Positions 35,552-45,398 of a DNA stretch of 64,000 nucleotides are shown one piece after another. The notes below the pieces were generated by a model, which was given only the letters and a program-made list of their open reading frames with translations, had not been told where the DNA came from and did not search any database. Position 1 is the stretch's first letter. Every line of letters begins with the position of its first letter. The position numbers were made by a program, and so were the translations under genes. This DNA is from a virus (taxonomy: Duplodnaviria > Caudoviricetes): the IMG/VR virus record IMGVR_UViG_3300025098_005131, one strand, 5' to 3'.

Positions 35552-35983
35552 TTATTTATCTGTAAATGCTAGTGTTGCCCATTTATTAGAAGCCTCACCA
35601 AACATTTCCATTGGATCAGACTCACTTGCAATCTGGCTATAAGTATCGTTAGGTTTTCCAGCAAATTGATTTGGACGATCAGCTGAGTTTTGTTCTTGCA
35701 AAGTAGTCTGTGCAGTATCTTCAAGCAAAGAAGCCATAATAGGATCATTAGTAACCTGAGAAATGATCTGTTTCGTCTTTTTCTCAAAACTAGGATTAAA
35801 TACCTGGTCTGTTGTTTTGCTTTTATTCTGCTTCATTTTCTGCTTTGTTTTTCGTGTAGAAAAACTAGAAGTTAAGCTTTCATTTAAAGAAGAAGTATCT
35901 CCTTCACTTAAACCTTCAGCTAGTAACTCTACTAAACATTCTTTAACAATGCTTTTAAGCATGCTTCTATTTACTTTTGCCAT
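35552..35983 (-). CDS. Hypothetical protein, putative prohead core component (143 aa)
   Basis: MLKSIVKECLVELLAEG at N-terminus; KWATLAF at C-terminus echoes the scaffold's RWATLAG. Confidence 0.75.
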   Translation of the reverse strand: MAKVNRSMLKSIVKECLVELLAEGLSEGDTSSLNESLTSSFSTRKTKQKMKQNKSKTTDQVFNPSFEKKTKQIISQVTNDPIMASLLEDTAQTTLQEQNSADRPNQFAGKPNDTYSQIASESDPMEMFGEASNKWATLAFTDK

Positions 35984-35984
35984 A

Positions 35985-36509
35985 TTATTCTACACCCGTA
36001 AATCCGTTTGAAGCTTTTTGATCAGGAAAATCTAATGATCTTATGTTTGTCAACCCAGCAATAATTTCTACTTTGTTGCCGATAGCTGCACCTTTTATAA
36101 ATAATTCTTTGCATTTTATTTCTAAGCGAGGAGAATCTTCCCCAGCAGCTAAAGTTATAAACGATGATTTTTTCTGATCAAACTTTACAGCAGCATTATC
36201 CCCATCAGCATCAGCTTCTACAACACCATTACCACCGTCAAACAGTGTTGCTGTAGAATTTACTCCTTTACCGTTGTCATTGTTAAATCCTATAGTTACT
36301 GTTCCTGTTTGACATCTTAAAATAATCCATCTAGTTAAAAAGTCAAACTTTACTTGAGCTATAACTGCATTACCATCATTTCTGGCATCTGCACCATTGT
36401 CACCTATAATCTCAACGGTTCTTACAAAAGGAATACCACTTTGTTGATATTCAGGTACATAATTATGTGAAGGTCTTGGTACTCGTGTATTGCGATCGTT
36501 TTCAGCCAT
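35985..36509 (-). CDS. Hypothetical beta-rich structural protein (start probably ATG 36509, TAATG-coupled to protease)
   Basis: TAATG overlap with the protease stop codon; VPEYQQSGIPFV, LEIKCKELFI, IIAGLTNI. Confidence 0.72.
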   Translation of the reverse strand: MAENDRNTRVPRPSHNYVPEYQQSGIPFVRTVEIIGDNGADARNDGNAVIAQVKFDFLTRWIILRCQTGTVTIGFNNDNGKGVNSTATLFDGGNGVVEADADGDNAAVKFDQKKSSFITLAAGEDSPRLEIKCKELFIKGAAIGNKVEIIAGLTNIRSLDFPDQKASNGFTGVE

Positions 36510-37111
36510 TATTTCCACTCCAATATATCATTAAAAATTCTATCTATTCTATCTGTTTTGTTAAATACATTATTTATAAACTGAGGAGAAACTTCTTTGC
36601 CTTCTTTCATCATAAAAGCGCCAGGAGTTGAAGGTTCACTAACAAAGTCCCAACAAATAAGTTGAAAGTCATCTTGTACAATTTGCATATCACCTTGAGT
36701 CTTTGTGCTCCCAACACCTCTCGAAGAAATACCTAATGTAACACCACTTTCAACTAAAGACTGTAGTATTTTTCCGCTTGGTGTATTAAGTATTTCAACT
36801 GTTCCGTATACAATATTACCTTCAATATAAGCTTCTTTTATATTGTGAGAAGCATTTTTAAGTTCAACAACTGAAGAGTCTGGGTGATCTAACTCGCCTA
36901 AAGCTCTGTTTTCTTTTATAAATTTCTGATAATTTCTAACTTCTCTTTCAAGAATTAACTTAGGATAAACTCTGCCGTTTTGGTTTAAAGTCTCAGCTTT
37001 TTGTAAGATACCTTTCATAATCAAAGGTTGCCCTGGCTGTCTTTGCTCTTTAATGATTTTTGGGTCATATTCAAAGTTTACCCATTCTGTAATCAGTCTT
37101 TGCGTTCCCAT
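36509..37111 (-). CDS. Prohead maturation protease (T4 gp21-like, 200 aa)
   Basis: GILQKAETLNQNGRVYP, ALGELDHP, NASH, TPSGKILQSL, LGISSRGVGS, DFVSEPSTPGA. Confidence 0.95.
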   Translation of the reverse strand: MGTQRLITEWVNFEYDPKIIKEQRQPGQPLIMKGILQKAETLNQNGRVYPKLILEREVRNYQKFIKENRALGELDHPDSSVVELKNASHNIKEAYIEGNIVYGTVEILNTPSGKILQSLVESGVTLGISSRGVGSTKTQGDMQIVQDDFQLICWDFVSEPSTPGAFMMKEGKEVSPQFINNVFNKTDRIDRIFNDILEWK

Positions 37112-37112
37112 T

Positions 37113-37937
37113 CTATTCTCCTAAAATTTCTTCTTCTAATTTTAAAGCCAGTAAGTATTTTTGCAAGTTTTCTTTAGAAAAGTCATTTTCTTTAAGTAAT
37201 TTTATTTTATTAATTACACTGTCTTTTTTTTCTAAGATAATTTGATTATTTAGACTCACAATTTTATTTTCTAAGAAATTTTTAATTCTTTTCTTTATTA
37301 GAGTATAATTTTCACTTAAAGATTTATAATCTTCGTTTATATATAAAGAAATTAATTTATTTTGGTCTTCATTAAGATTGGAAGAATACTTCTTTTTAAA
37401 TATTTCTTTCATCAAGGAATATGTTAATTTATCAACTTTAATAGGCTTTTTTTCTTCTTTTAGACTTTTTTCTGTTAAGCTTTCATGAAGTAAAATTTCG
37501 TATTCAGTAGTTTTATCAAAGTTGTTTGTATTTTCTCGCCACTCATTTAATAAAGTCTGGATTGTGGCGTAAATTCTATAGTTAGATATTTTTTTACTAA
37601 ATATTGTACCTTTGCCGAATGTATAATTTAGTTCTTTAATTAAATTAGATTTTTCTTTTTCTAGCTGGTTACTATTAAACATATTATTACAGGCAGATTT
37701 AGCTTCTGTAATAATCATTGTTGCCAATTGATCAGTTACTTGGTGTGTATCTGATAGTGCTTTGAAAAGTTTATATTCTTTATATAACTGACTATTTTTA
37801 GTAAAATTATTTTTAATAATATTGATAGCAACTTCAGCATCTTTTTTATTTTCGTTAATTAAACACTCAGAGACAAAATTTATAATTTGCTCATATATAA
37901 TTCCAATATTTCTTTTTTTATTATGATGCTTAGGCAT
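37113..37937 (-). CDS. Helical hypothetical protein between portal and protease (start probably ATG 37937)
   Basis: KHHNKKRNIGIIYE N-terminus; ATG one base after the portal TGA. Confidence 0.75.
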   Translation of the reverse strand: MPKHHNKKRNIGIIYEQIINFVSECLINENKKDAEVAINIIKNNFTKNSQLYKEYKLFKALSDTHQVTDQLATMIITEAKSACNNMFNSNQLEKEKSNLIKELNYTFGKGTIFSKKISNYRIYATIQTLLNEWRENTNNFDKTTEYEILLHESLTEKSLKEEKKPIKVDKLTYSLMKEIFKKKYSSNLNEDQNKLISLYINEDYKSLSENYTLIKKRIKNFLENKIVSLNNQIILEKKDSVINKIKLLKENDFSKENLQKYLLALKLEEEILGE

Positions 37938-37938
37938 T

Positions 37939-39945
37939 TCAATCTTCCTCGTCATTTAATATGTCATCGTCTATAAATATATCTATTTCTTTATCGTTTG
38001 ACTCTTTTAAAAGCTTATTTGTATTTAAGTTTAGTTTATTAGATAAATTATTTAAGTCAATTGAATCTCTTCTAGATATCTGCCTGTCAATAAAGCTGTC
38101 AACAATAGGACTTTGTGGCATTATACTGTCAAATATATTTTTTGAGCTAAGATCTTTAACAGATATAACCTTAGGTAAATCACCTAGTTTGTTTATGTCT
38201 TTGGCACTTACTCCGTATATAGGTGTATTACCATTCATGCTTTGCTTTCTTTTACCTCTTGTTTTATTTGAAGCTTTGATAGGATTCTTATCTTTATTGT
38301 CTTTTTCGCTATCATCTTCCTCTAAAAGCTCGTCATATTGGGAAAGTTCTTCTTCTGACATAAGGCTGCCTTTTTTAATCTCTCCTGCGAAAAGGTCTGA
38401 AAGGTCTCCACCACTGTCATCTCCTCCGGAGTCTCCTGAGTCACCGCTATCTCCTCCACCGAAAAGACTACCTGAGTCATCTCCTCCACCTGAGTCATCT
38501 CCTCCACCTTCGTTTTCGTCGCCAAAAAGATTAATTTTGTCTTCTGGGAGTTGGACTGCTTCAAGCTCCATATCTCTTATTTTATCTTTTTCTCTGCCTC
38601 TTTCAATTCTATATATTTCATCGTTATTTAGATCTAAAATATGTTTTCTAATCCACTCTCTATCAACAAAACCTTCTGGTGCCTGAGCTGATATTTCAAA
38701 TTTTGTCCTTATTAGCTCTAGTTTTTGCTGCTGTGCAATACTCGAAGGATTACTTAACTTTAAGTTAAAGTCTAACAGGTCTTCGTCTGTGTAACCATTT
38801 ACATATAAATGAATCATTGCAATCTTATTAAGTTCAGAAATAATTGTTTTTTGTATTCTTTGGATTGTTCTACTAAACCTAATGTCTTCTTGCGCTAATG
38901 TAGCTTTTGCACCGATATCTTCATCGTAACCTAAATAAGCTTTTGGGACTTTTAATGCAGCAAATAACTTTTTCTGTATATATTCAACATCTTCAATAGC
39001 AGTTGTATTAGAGCCTCCTGCAAGCGTATCAATTCTTGTACCGGTGTCTCCACCACGCACAGGTAAGAAATAATCTTCGTCGACTGATAGCGGGTTGTAT
39101 CTTAAGTCGACTTGGCCTGTTGTCTTATCAACTACAGCATTTCTTTTAAGCGAAGTCTGTGCTTGTTCTAGATAGTCTGCAATGTTTTCTGGAGGTATAT
39201 TACCAACGTCAATATAAAAAACACGCCTTTCAGGTGATCGAATAACACGATAAACAAGCATAGCATCTTCAATAAGAATTAGCTGTCGCCAAACTCTTCT
39301 TGCGCCTTCTAAAACAGAAGAACCATACGGTAAAAATGCATCGCTACCTAAAAGTCTAAAATGTGAAACCTGCCAATTTTCTAATACTCTGTTTCCTTGT
39401 GTAATCCATCTAAATCTAACAGCACCTGGATCATCATTATCAAAACCTTCTTCTCTTTCAATTTCAGATATCGGAATAGGAAATGTATTAATAACTCCTT
39501 CTTCAGGATGTATATCATTAAACAGAAAGAAGTCACCATATTTACATAGATTTCTTGTCCACATAACTAAGTTAAAGTCAATATTAAGTGTATCATAAAA
39601 AAGCTCATTAAGAAGCTTTTTGATATTCCTGTTTTCAGAATAAATATGTAAAACTTGACCTTCAACATCTGGAGAGACACATTCTTCTGCGTAAATATCT
39701 AATGCCGAGCTAATTTCTGGCGTTGCTTCCATTTCTGAAAAATCTGAGTATCTTGCCATTCTATCATAAGAGCCGTAAGCTCTGAGAGTAGAATTATATA
39801 CGTCACTATGCGCTTTCTTAAAAACCTCCAAAGAAGACTTAGAATAAGAATTCTGATTTTGTATTTTTTTAATTTTGCGTCTAACAACGGGACCAGATCT
39901 GAATAGAGTTGTTAGTTTCTTAAATAAACTGTTACTATCTGCCAT
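37939..39945 (-). CDS. Portal protein (T4 gp20-like, 668 aa)
   Basis: RYSDFSEMEATPEISSALDIYAEE, RNLCKYGDFF, EDAMLVYRVIRSPERRVFYIDVGN, EDYFLPVRG, IDTLAGG, DVEYIQKKLFAALKVPK; Gly/Asp-rich low-complexity C-terminal tail. Confidence 0.96.
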   Translation of the reverse strand: MADSNSLFKKLTTLFRSGPVVRRKIKKIQNQNSYSKSSLEVFKKAHSDVYNSTLRAYGSYDRMARYSDFSEMEATPEISSALDIYAEECVSPDVEGQVLHIYSENRNIKKLLNELFYDTLNIDFNLVMWTRNLCKYGDFFLFNDIHPEEGVINTFPIPISEIEREEGFDNDDPGAVRFRWITQGNRVLENWQVSHFRLLGSDAFLPYGSSVLEGARRVWRQLILIEDAMLVYRVIRSPERRVFYIDVGNIPPENIADYLEQAQTSLKRNAVVDKTTGQVDLRYNPLSVDEDYFLPVRGGDTGTRIDTLAGGSNTTAIEDVEYIQKKLFAALKVPKAYLGYDEDIGAKATLAQEDIRFSRTIQRIQKTIISELNKIAMIHLYVNGYTDEDLLDFNLKLSNPSSIAQQQKLELIRTKFEISAQAPEGFVDREWIRKHILDLNNDEIYRIERGREKDKIRDMELEAVQLPEDKINLFGDENEGGGDDSGGGDDSGSLFGGGDSGDSGDSGGDDSGGDLSDLFAGEIKKGSLMSEEELSQYDELLEEDDSEKDNKDKNPIKASNKTRGKRKQSMNGNTPIYGVSAKDINKLGDLPKVISVKDLSSKNIFDSIMPQSPIVDSFIDRQISRRDSIDLNNLSNKLNLNTNKLLKESNDKEIDIFIDDDILNDEED

Positions 39946-39948
39946 TGA

Positions 39949-41574
39949 TTATTTTCCTATCAGCCATGATAAATCACCCAATGGGTTTTTTTTGCTTATT
40001 TCTTTATTAAATTTATTTTGAGGCAAATTTACTGGAATAAACGGGTTAAAAGAATTCTGATTATTATAATAAAAAGGTGATAACATTGTATCATCTTGAC
40101 TCGTATTGTTAAACTTCATACCTTTTAAAATCTCATCAGACTGCTGCATTTGAGTAGCGTTATACTTTGAAGAATTACTTTCTGAAAGATAGCAGCCTAT
40201 AGCTAGCGACATTATTAAATCGTCGTTGTAACCTTTCATAGCTGTTATCTTTTTACCATTCCAAATAAAAGTTTTTAATTCTTGATAGAGTCTGCTTGAA
40301 TATGTTTTTACTCTATTGTTTCTTAAACTTTCTTCAAAGTTTGCAAGTATCTTGTCTCTACTTTCTTTACTAGTAGTAAAACCAGCTTTCCCTAAATTAT
40401 TTCCTTCACCATAAAGATATTTGTATCTTTCTCTTTCAGAAGAAAAATAAATATTTTTGTATCCTAACTCACCCAATTTAATAAGCATTGTATACCCATA
40501 TGCATTATTTTCCGGGCATATAGTTGCTTCATTAAATCTTCTCGCAATATCATATACTAAAATTCCAAATTGATCTGGAGGTATTTTTCCTTTAAATTCG
40601 GCTGAAATGGTTAAATCTTTAAGATTAATTACATGAAAAGTTGAATAGTCACCGCTATCACCTCGGGCAATATCAGCTGAGAGCATGTATTTGTCACCTT
40701 GAACTGGGTACGACCAGTACCACACGTTTCCTTGAGGACCACTTTTTTCCATAGGTTGTTTTGTTAGTATTCTAATTTTATCCAAAACATCAGCTGATAA
40801 AAAAGTGTCACCTGAAGATGAAAAATCACAAAGAAGTTCTTGAGAAACTTGTTTTTGAGACATATTTTTAGTCTCTTTTTCAAACCACTCGTCACTTCTT
40901 TCTGGGTGAACATCCCATAAAAGCTTTATAGGATTAAATTCGTTTTCTTTTCGTTCAGCCTTGACGTAAATATCATGGTATTGTCCGCCAACACCGTTAG
41001 GTGTAGATAAAAGTATTGCTCTACCGCCTGTTGAAAGTGTAGGGTACAAACCCATCCATAACTCATCAAAGTTTCTTACGAAAGCAGCCTCATCTACAAT
41101 AAGCAAAGAGAGAGCCTCTGATCGTCCTGCGTCTTCAGAAGTAGGGACTGCTTTGATTTGAGAGCCGTTTGAAAATTCAACTTGTTGCTTGTTGTTTGCA
41201 ACAATTTCTGGTACCAATAACCACTTAGGCATTGATTTAATGTAAGTCTTTACTTTTCTTATAAAGTTTTGTGCAACAGCTAGCTTTGTTGCTATAATTA
41301 AAATATTTTTTTCTTTATAGAAAACAGCCTGCCATACTGCATAAGCTGCTACAAGTGTTGACAAACCGAGCTGTCTAGACTTAAGAATTACATTAAATCG
41401 ATGATCATTGAAGTCTTCTACACAATCGTCCTGAAAAGGGAAAGTTGCGAACGGGATCAAACCTTTTAACGGATGTTGTATTTTTAAATACTTGTTCATG
41501 AAGTATATTGGGTCTTTTCCGCACTTTATAATTTCAGAAATTTGACCTCTTTTGGTCCCAGAGTTTTTACTCAT
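39949..41574 (-). CDS. terL: Terminase large subunit (T4 gp17-like, 541 aa)
   Basis: Walker A region ILKSRQLGLST, Walker B LIVDEAAF, STPNG, RNase H-like LSADIARGDSGDYS, final DDLIMS. Confidence 0.96.
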   Translation of the reverse strand: MSKNSGTKRGQISEIIKCGKDPIYFMNKYLKIQHPLKGLIPFATFPFQDDCVEDFNDHRFNVILKSRQLGLSTLVAAYAVWQAVFYKEKNILIIATKLAVAQNFIRKVKTYIKSMPKWLLVPEIVANNKQQVEFSNGSQIKAVPTSEDAGRSEALSLLIVDEAAFVRNFDELWMGLYPTLSTGGRAILLSTPNGVGGQYHDIYVKAERKENEFNPIKLLWDVHPERSDEWFEKETKNMSQKQVSQELLCDFSSSGDTFLSADVLDKIRILTKQPMEKSGPQGNVWYWSYPVQGDKYMLSADIARGDSGDYSTFHVINLKDLTISAEFKGKIPPDQFGILVYDIARRFNEATICPENNAYGYTMLIKLGELGYKNIYFSSERERYKYLYGEGNNLGKAGFTTSKESRDKILANFEESLRNNRVKTYSSRLYQELKTFIWNGKKITAMKGYNDDLIMSLAIGCYLSESNSSKYNATQMQQSDEILKGMKFNNTSQDDTMLSPFYYNNQNSFNPFIPVNLPQNKFNKEISKKNPLGDLSWLIGK

Positions 41575-41576
41575 TA

Positions 41577-41954
41577 CTAAGAAACCTCAAAAGTCTTTGT
41601 ATAGCAAACTTTGTAAGTTTTAAAATGACTAAATGAGCTTGTTGTTATTGCCTCAAAAGAATCTGACTCACCTATCTTTTTTGTTTTTAAAGGTCGACCA
41701 GCACAAGATTTAAACTCTTTTTTTATGCGGTTGAGTCTTGCTGTAATGTGGTGATTGGATTCTTTATTTATATGAACTACTTGAACTTGTAAATCTGATT
41801 CTCTAGCAACATTAACAATAGACATAAAAGTTATAGACATTTCTTTATTGTTAATAAGTTTTGCAACTGTTTTTCTAGAACTATCTTGACCATTTGAATA
41901 GTTAAATACATTGTCAATTGCATTGCCTAAGTTTGATACTAAATCATATTCCAT
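41577..41954 (-). CDS. Hypothetical protein upstream of terL (125 aa)
   Basis: ORF with AAAGGA RBS, stop two bases before the terL start. Confidence 0.75.
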   Translation of the reverse strand: MEYDLVSNLGNAIDNVFNYSNGQDSSRKTVAKLINNKEMSITFMSIVNVARESDLQVQVVHINKESNHHITARLNRIKKEFKSCAGRPLKTKKIGESDSFEAITTSSFSHFKTYKVCYTKTFEVS

Positions 41955-42003
41955 GATGTTTTCCTTTTATTTATACTATAATTATTATAATTATTAATTA
42001 AAT

Positions 42004-42270
42004 TTAATATTTGTTACTTATTTTAGGTCGCCAGCCTTGTTCCCATTTTTCTTTATTACTATAATAATAAGTATTATAACATGTATCACAGCAATTTTCT
42101 TTCTTTACTCTTTCAACATCTTCAACTGTATAGATCAAGTTTTTGCAAATTTGACAGTCAAGACTTACAGGTATGTCACCTTTAACTCTATAAAAAGTCA
42201 TGTTTTTATATGTTCTTTCTTCTTCATTGTTACCAGCATCGATCCATTCAATTTCATCTATATTCGACAT
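42004..42270 (-). CDS. Small putative Zn-binding protein (CQIC...CCDTC, 88 aa)
   Basis: Cys pattern and C-terminal KWEQGWRP; overlaps the stop of the nuclease fusion gene. Confidence 0.7.
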   Translation of the reverse strand: MSNIDEIEWIDAGNNEEERTYKNMTFYRVKGDIPVSLDCQICKNLIYTVEDVERVKKENCCDTCYNTYYYSNKEKWEQGWRPKISNKY

Positions 42271-45200
42271 GTGAGTCGTTTCCTTTTCTGTTTATTTCGA
42301 TATTTTTATCTACTATATCTTTGATTGAGTCAACATGAGAAATTATCATTATTGTTTTAAAGTATTTCTTAAGACTCTTCAGAAGTCTAGAACAAGCTTC
42401 AATGTTTGAAGAGTCTAATGCACCAAAGCCTTCATCAATTATAAAAATATTAGACTTCGGCAAAGAAGAAATACTTATTAATGCAACTCTAATAGCAATT
42501 GAAGCCATCATTTTTTCCATACCACTAGCACATTCTATAATTCTTTTTGAATCCCCATAATCTATATAGACATTTAAATTAGTTCCATCATCTTCTAAAT
42601 TTATACTAAACGTAGTAACTGTTGATAAAATTTTATTGATTTCGCTATTTATTAAAGGCAAACTATTGTTTATCAACATTGTAGGTATGCCTTTTTTTGA
42701 AACTGCAAAAGAAAACAAATCATAAGACTTCCACTCGTCTATTAAACTATAATATTCTTCTTTTTTATTTTTGCATCGTACTATATTGCTTTCAATTTCA
42801 TATATACATTTATTAATTTCAATGATACTGCTTTCAAGGGACAATATCTTAGAAGTTGTATTATTTAACTCCTGTTTAACTTTTTTCATCTTTATGATTA
42901 AATCATCATTGTTGTTTGCTAACAGCTCTTGGTGTATTTTCTCTAATTCTCTGGTCTTTGATTTAAGTGCTTCTATATTGTTTAAAGATAATTCTAGCTT
43001 TTCTTGGTTTCTTTCAGTGTCAACATTAGCTTTATACTCTTTATTAAGAACACTATTGAACTTTTTAATTTTTTCTTCTAAATCTTGCTTTTCAATAGAC
43101 TTAACAGCACTTGATATCTCTAATACGTTTAAACCAATTGATCTAATTTCTTCTTCTAAAGAAGAAATGTTTTCTTTTGACTGATAAGCATCTTTTATAA
43201 ATTTACAACTTGAATATTCTTCATTACATGGTACCTCTTCTAGTATTTTAAGTCTATTTTTATTTCTATCAGTTTCTGCCTCAGCAATTACCTTGCTTCG
43301 TTTAAAATTGTCGAGTTTTTTCCTAAGGGAATCAAGCTTCTTTTTTTCTTTTTCAATATCATCTATAGAAAAGCTAGATTTAAAAATATTGATCTTTTTA
43401 AGCAAAGTAGAATCTTGATCAATTAGCAATCTATATTTGTCAACATTAGACTTGTTTTCTTCTATTTTACTACTTAGATACTTTAATTCACTCTCAGCTG
43501 ACTTTAAAGTATAACCTGATGGGTGTTTTGTTTCGTCTTTTTTAAGACTTGCAATTTCAACATTAAGCTTAACTTCTTTTTCTCTTAATTGTGACAAGAA
43601 ATTTTTTGCTTTATTTTCTTCGTTTTTATTTTCATTTATGTCAGAGTTATAGTTTTCAATTATCTGATCCCAGTTTTCTTCTTTAATGTTTTTGTATTTA
43701 TTTTTTAAAACAATATAATCTTCTCTAGACTTTTTGTAAAGCTCTTCGTATAAATCTAAATTTAAAAATTTTGCCAAGACGCTTTTTCTTGCGCTCGACT
43801 TTTCTTTTATAAAAGCATTAATTTCTCCTTGTGATGCAAAAGAAGTATAAAGAAAATCTTCTGGAGTGCCAATCATAGATTTAAGTATTTTTTCAGTTTC
43901 TCTTCTTTGTTCTTCTGTTTTATCAGAGTTGTTATTTAGGTTCTTTAAAGAAAGACTTGTTGATGAGGAAATTTCTCCATTATTTTTAGACTTTTTAACA
44001 GTTTTTCTTTTAACACTATACTTTTCGCAGTTATACGATAATTCTATTTCTGCATCACAAAAACCTTTTCTAGTATTAACAATACTCTGATTTTTAATCG
44101 ATCCTCTGTCTGTACTGTTAAATAAGCAATACATCAAAGTTCCAGGAATAGAGGATTTTCCTGCCCTATTGTTTCCAAAAACACCTACCACACCATTTAA
44201 TTTATCAAAATTAATATAGTTTTCTTTCCCATAAGAAAATGTGTTATTAAACTTAATATTGTTTATACACCAGTCTTTGTTAACAAAAGATGCCAAGTTC
44301 TGAGGTATTTGGTCTAGATATTTGTCAAATAAACTACTAACGGTTTCTTTTAATTCATCTTGAATTGTTTCGCCTAAAAGGTCAGAAATTAAATTTTTTC
44401 TGCTTGATTTTGATCTTACATCAAATATTTCTGCTTTTTCTTTGCTGATATTTTTAACTTCAAAGCTATCTTTACCTGTATTCTGGTATACGATTTCTTT
44501 TGCTTTTTTCTCTTCTTTTAGATAATGATGGAGAAGTTTTATTTCTACTTGTGAGATGTTATTATTTGATCTGATTCTAAATCTAGACTTACTCTTTACT
44601 TTTGCAAGATAGGGTATAGTTTTTTCAACAGAACCTTTCCAGTCAATTGTAATAAAAGGACTAGGATTCTCTATTGAAATAAACTTACTGTCATATTCAT
44701 TAGCGTTTTTAATGTTCCAAAGCAAAAATCCTTTTTTGATATCTTCACCGTAGTTTTGCTGAATTGTTGAACCTGGATACGCTACTCTTTTTTCATCGTC
44801 TAAATACTGCTTTTTATGAATATCTCCTAAAAAAGAAAAATCGTAATCTTCAAAAAAAGAAAGATTTACTTCGCCCTCAAGTTCCCAATCAATATCAGTT
44901 TTTGAACCCCAAACTGCTCCGTGAAAACAGGCAATGTTAATATCACCTTTTACAGGTTTAACGTTTATCCAATTTTCTTCGTCAAAGCATGAAAAAACAC
45001 ACCAGTTAATTACTTTATTGTCAGCCGTTGTAAAAGCTGGATATACACCACTTTCCTTGTAGAGCTTTATATTAGGATTGTTTAAGGCACTAATAATAGG
45101 AGATATTGCATCTTGTCTGTCTTTATTTAAAATAAGACCATCATGGTTTCCCAGTATTATATGAGTAGGAGCAATATCAGCTAAGCTTTTAAACCACCAG

Positions 45201-45391
45201 TTTAAATTATCAATTAACTCTGGCGAAATACCTTGTGTTTTTGAATGTACAATGTCACCGCCAATAAAAATTAAATCTGGGCTTTCTTCACGAAGTCTTT
45301 TAAATAATTTTTCAAATACGGCTTTATACTCTTCATGTCTTTTTAGACCACGCCAATGAACGTCTGATATATGTGCACAAGTAAAATTCAT
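42254..45391 (-). CDS. Fused Mre11/SbcD phosphoesterase plus Rad50/SbcC ATPase (T4 gp47-gp46-like; start probably ATG 45391)
   Basis: HISDVH, GGDIVH, LGNHD, FHGAV, LGDIH, YPGS (phosphoesterase); GNNRAGKS Walker A, coiled coil, SGMEK signature, IFIIDEGFGALD Walker B, ISH. Confidence 0.95.
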   Translation of the reverse strand: MNFTCAHISDVHWRGLKRHEEYKAVFEKLFKRLREESPDLIFIGGDIVHSKTQGISPELIDNLNWWFKSLADIAPTHIILGNHDGLILNKDRQDAISPIISALNNPNIKLYKESGVYPAFTTADNKVINWCVFSCFDEENWINVKPVKGDINIACFHGAVWGSKTDIDWELEGEVNLSFFEDYDFSFLGDIHKKQYLDDEKRVAYPGSTIQQNYGEDIKKGFLLWNIKNANEYDSKFISIENPSPFITIDWKGSVEKTIPYLAKVKSKSRFRIRSNNNISQVEIKLLHHYLKEEKKAKEIVYQNTGKDSFEVKNISKEKAEIFDVRSKSSRKNLISDLLGETIQDELKETVSSLFDKYLDQIPQNLASFVNKDWCINNIKFNNTFSYGKENYINFDKLNGVVGVFGNNRAGKSSIPGTLMYCLFNSTDRGSIKNQSIVNTRKGFCDAEIELSYNCEKYSVKRKTVKKSKNNGEISSSTSLSLKNLNNNSDKTEEQRRETEKILKSMIGTPEDFLYTSFASQGEINAFIKEKSSARKSVLAKFLNLDLYEELYKKSREDYIVLKNKYKNIKEENWDQIIENYNSDINENKNEENKAKNFLSQLREKEVKLNVEIASLKKDETKHPSGYTLKSAESELKYLSSKIEENKSNVDKYRLLIDQDSTLLKKINIFKSSFSIDDIEKEKKKLDSLRKKLDNFKRSKVIAEAETDRNKNRLKILEEVPCNEEYSSCKFIKDAYQSKENISSLEEEIRSIGLNVLEISSAVKSIEKQDLEEKIKKFNSVLNKEYKANVDTERNQEKLELSLNNIEALKSKTRELEKIHQELLANNNDDLIIKMKKVKQELNNTTSKILSLESSIIEINKCIYEIESNIVRCKNKKEEYYSLIDEWKSYDLFSFAVSKKGIPTMLINNSLPLINSEINKILSTVTTFSINLEDDGTNLNVYIDYGDSKRIIECASGMEKMMASIAIRVALISISSLPKSNIFIIDEGFGALDSSNIEACSRLLKSLKKYFKTIMIISHVDSIKDIVDKNIEINRKGNDSHVEYR

Positions 45392-45398
45392 GTTTTCC

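Noticed and set aside
38400-38510. Short repeats (TCATCTCCTCC...) as a possible CRISPR-like or regulatory array
   Set aside because: They encode the low-complexity GGDDSG linker of the portal C-terminus and have no unique spacers.
39949-41574. Intein or intron in terminase, portal or capsid genes
   Set aside because: terL has normal length with contiguous ATPase and nuclease motifs; no Hint (C...HN) or LAGLIDADG signatures seen in these genes.
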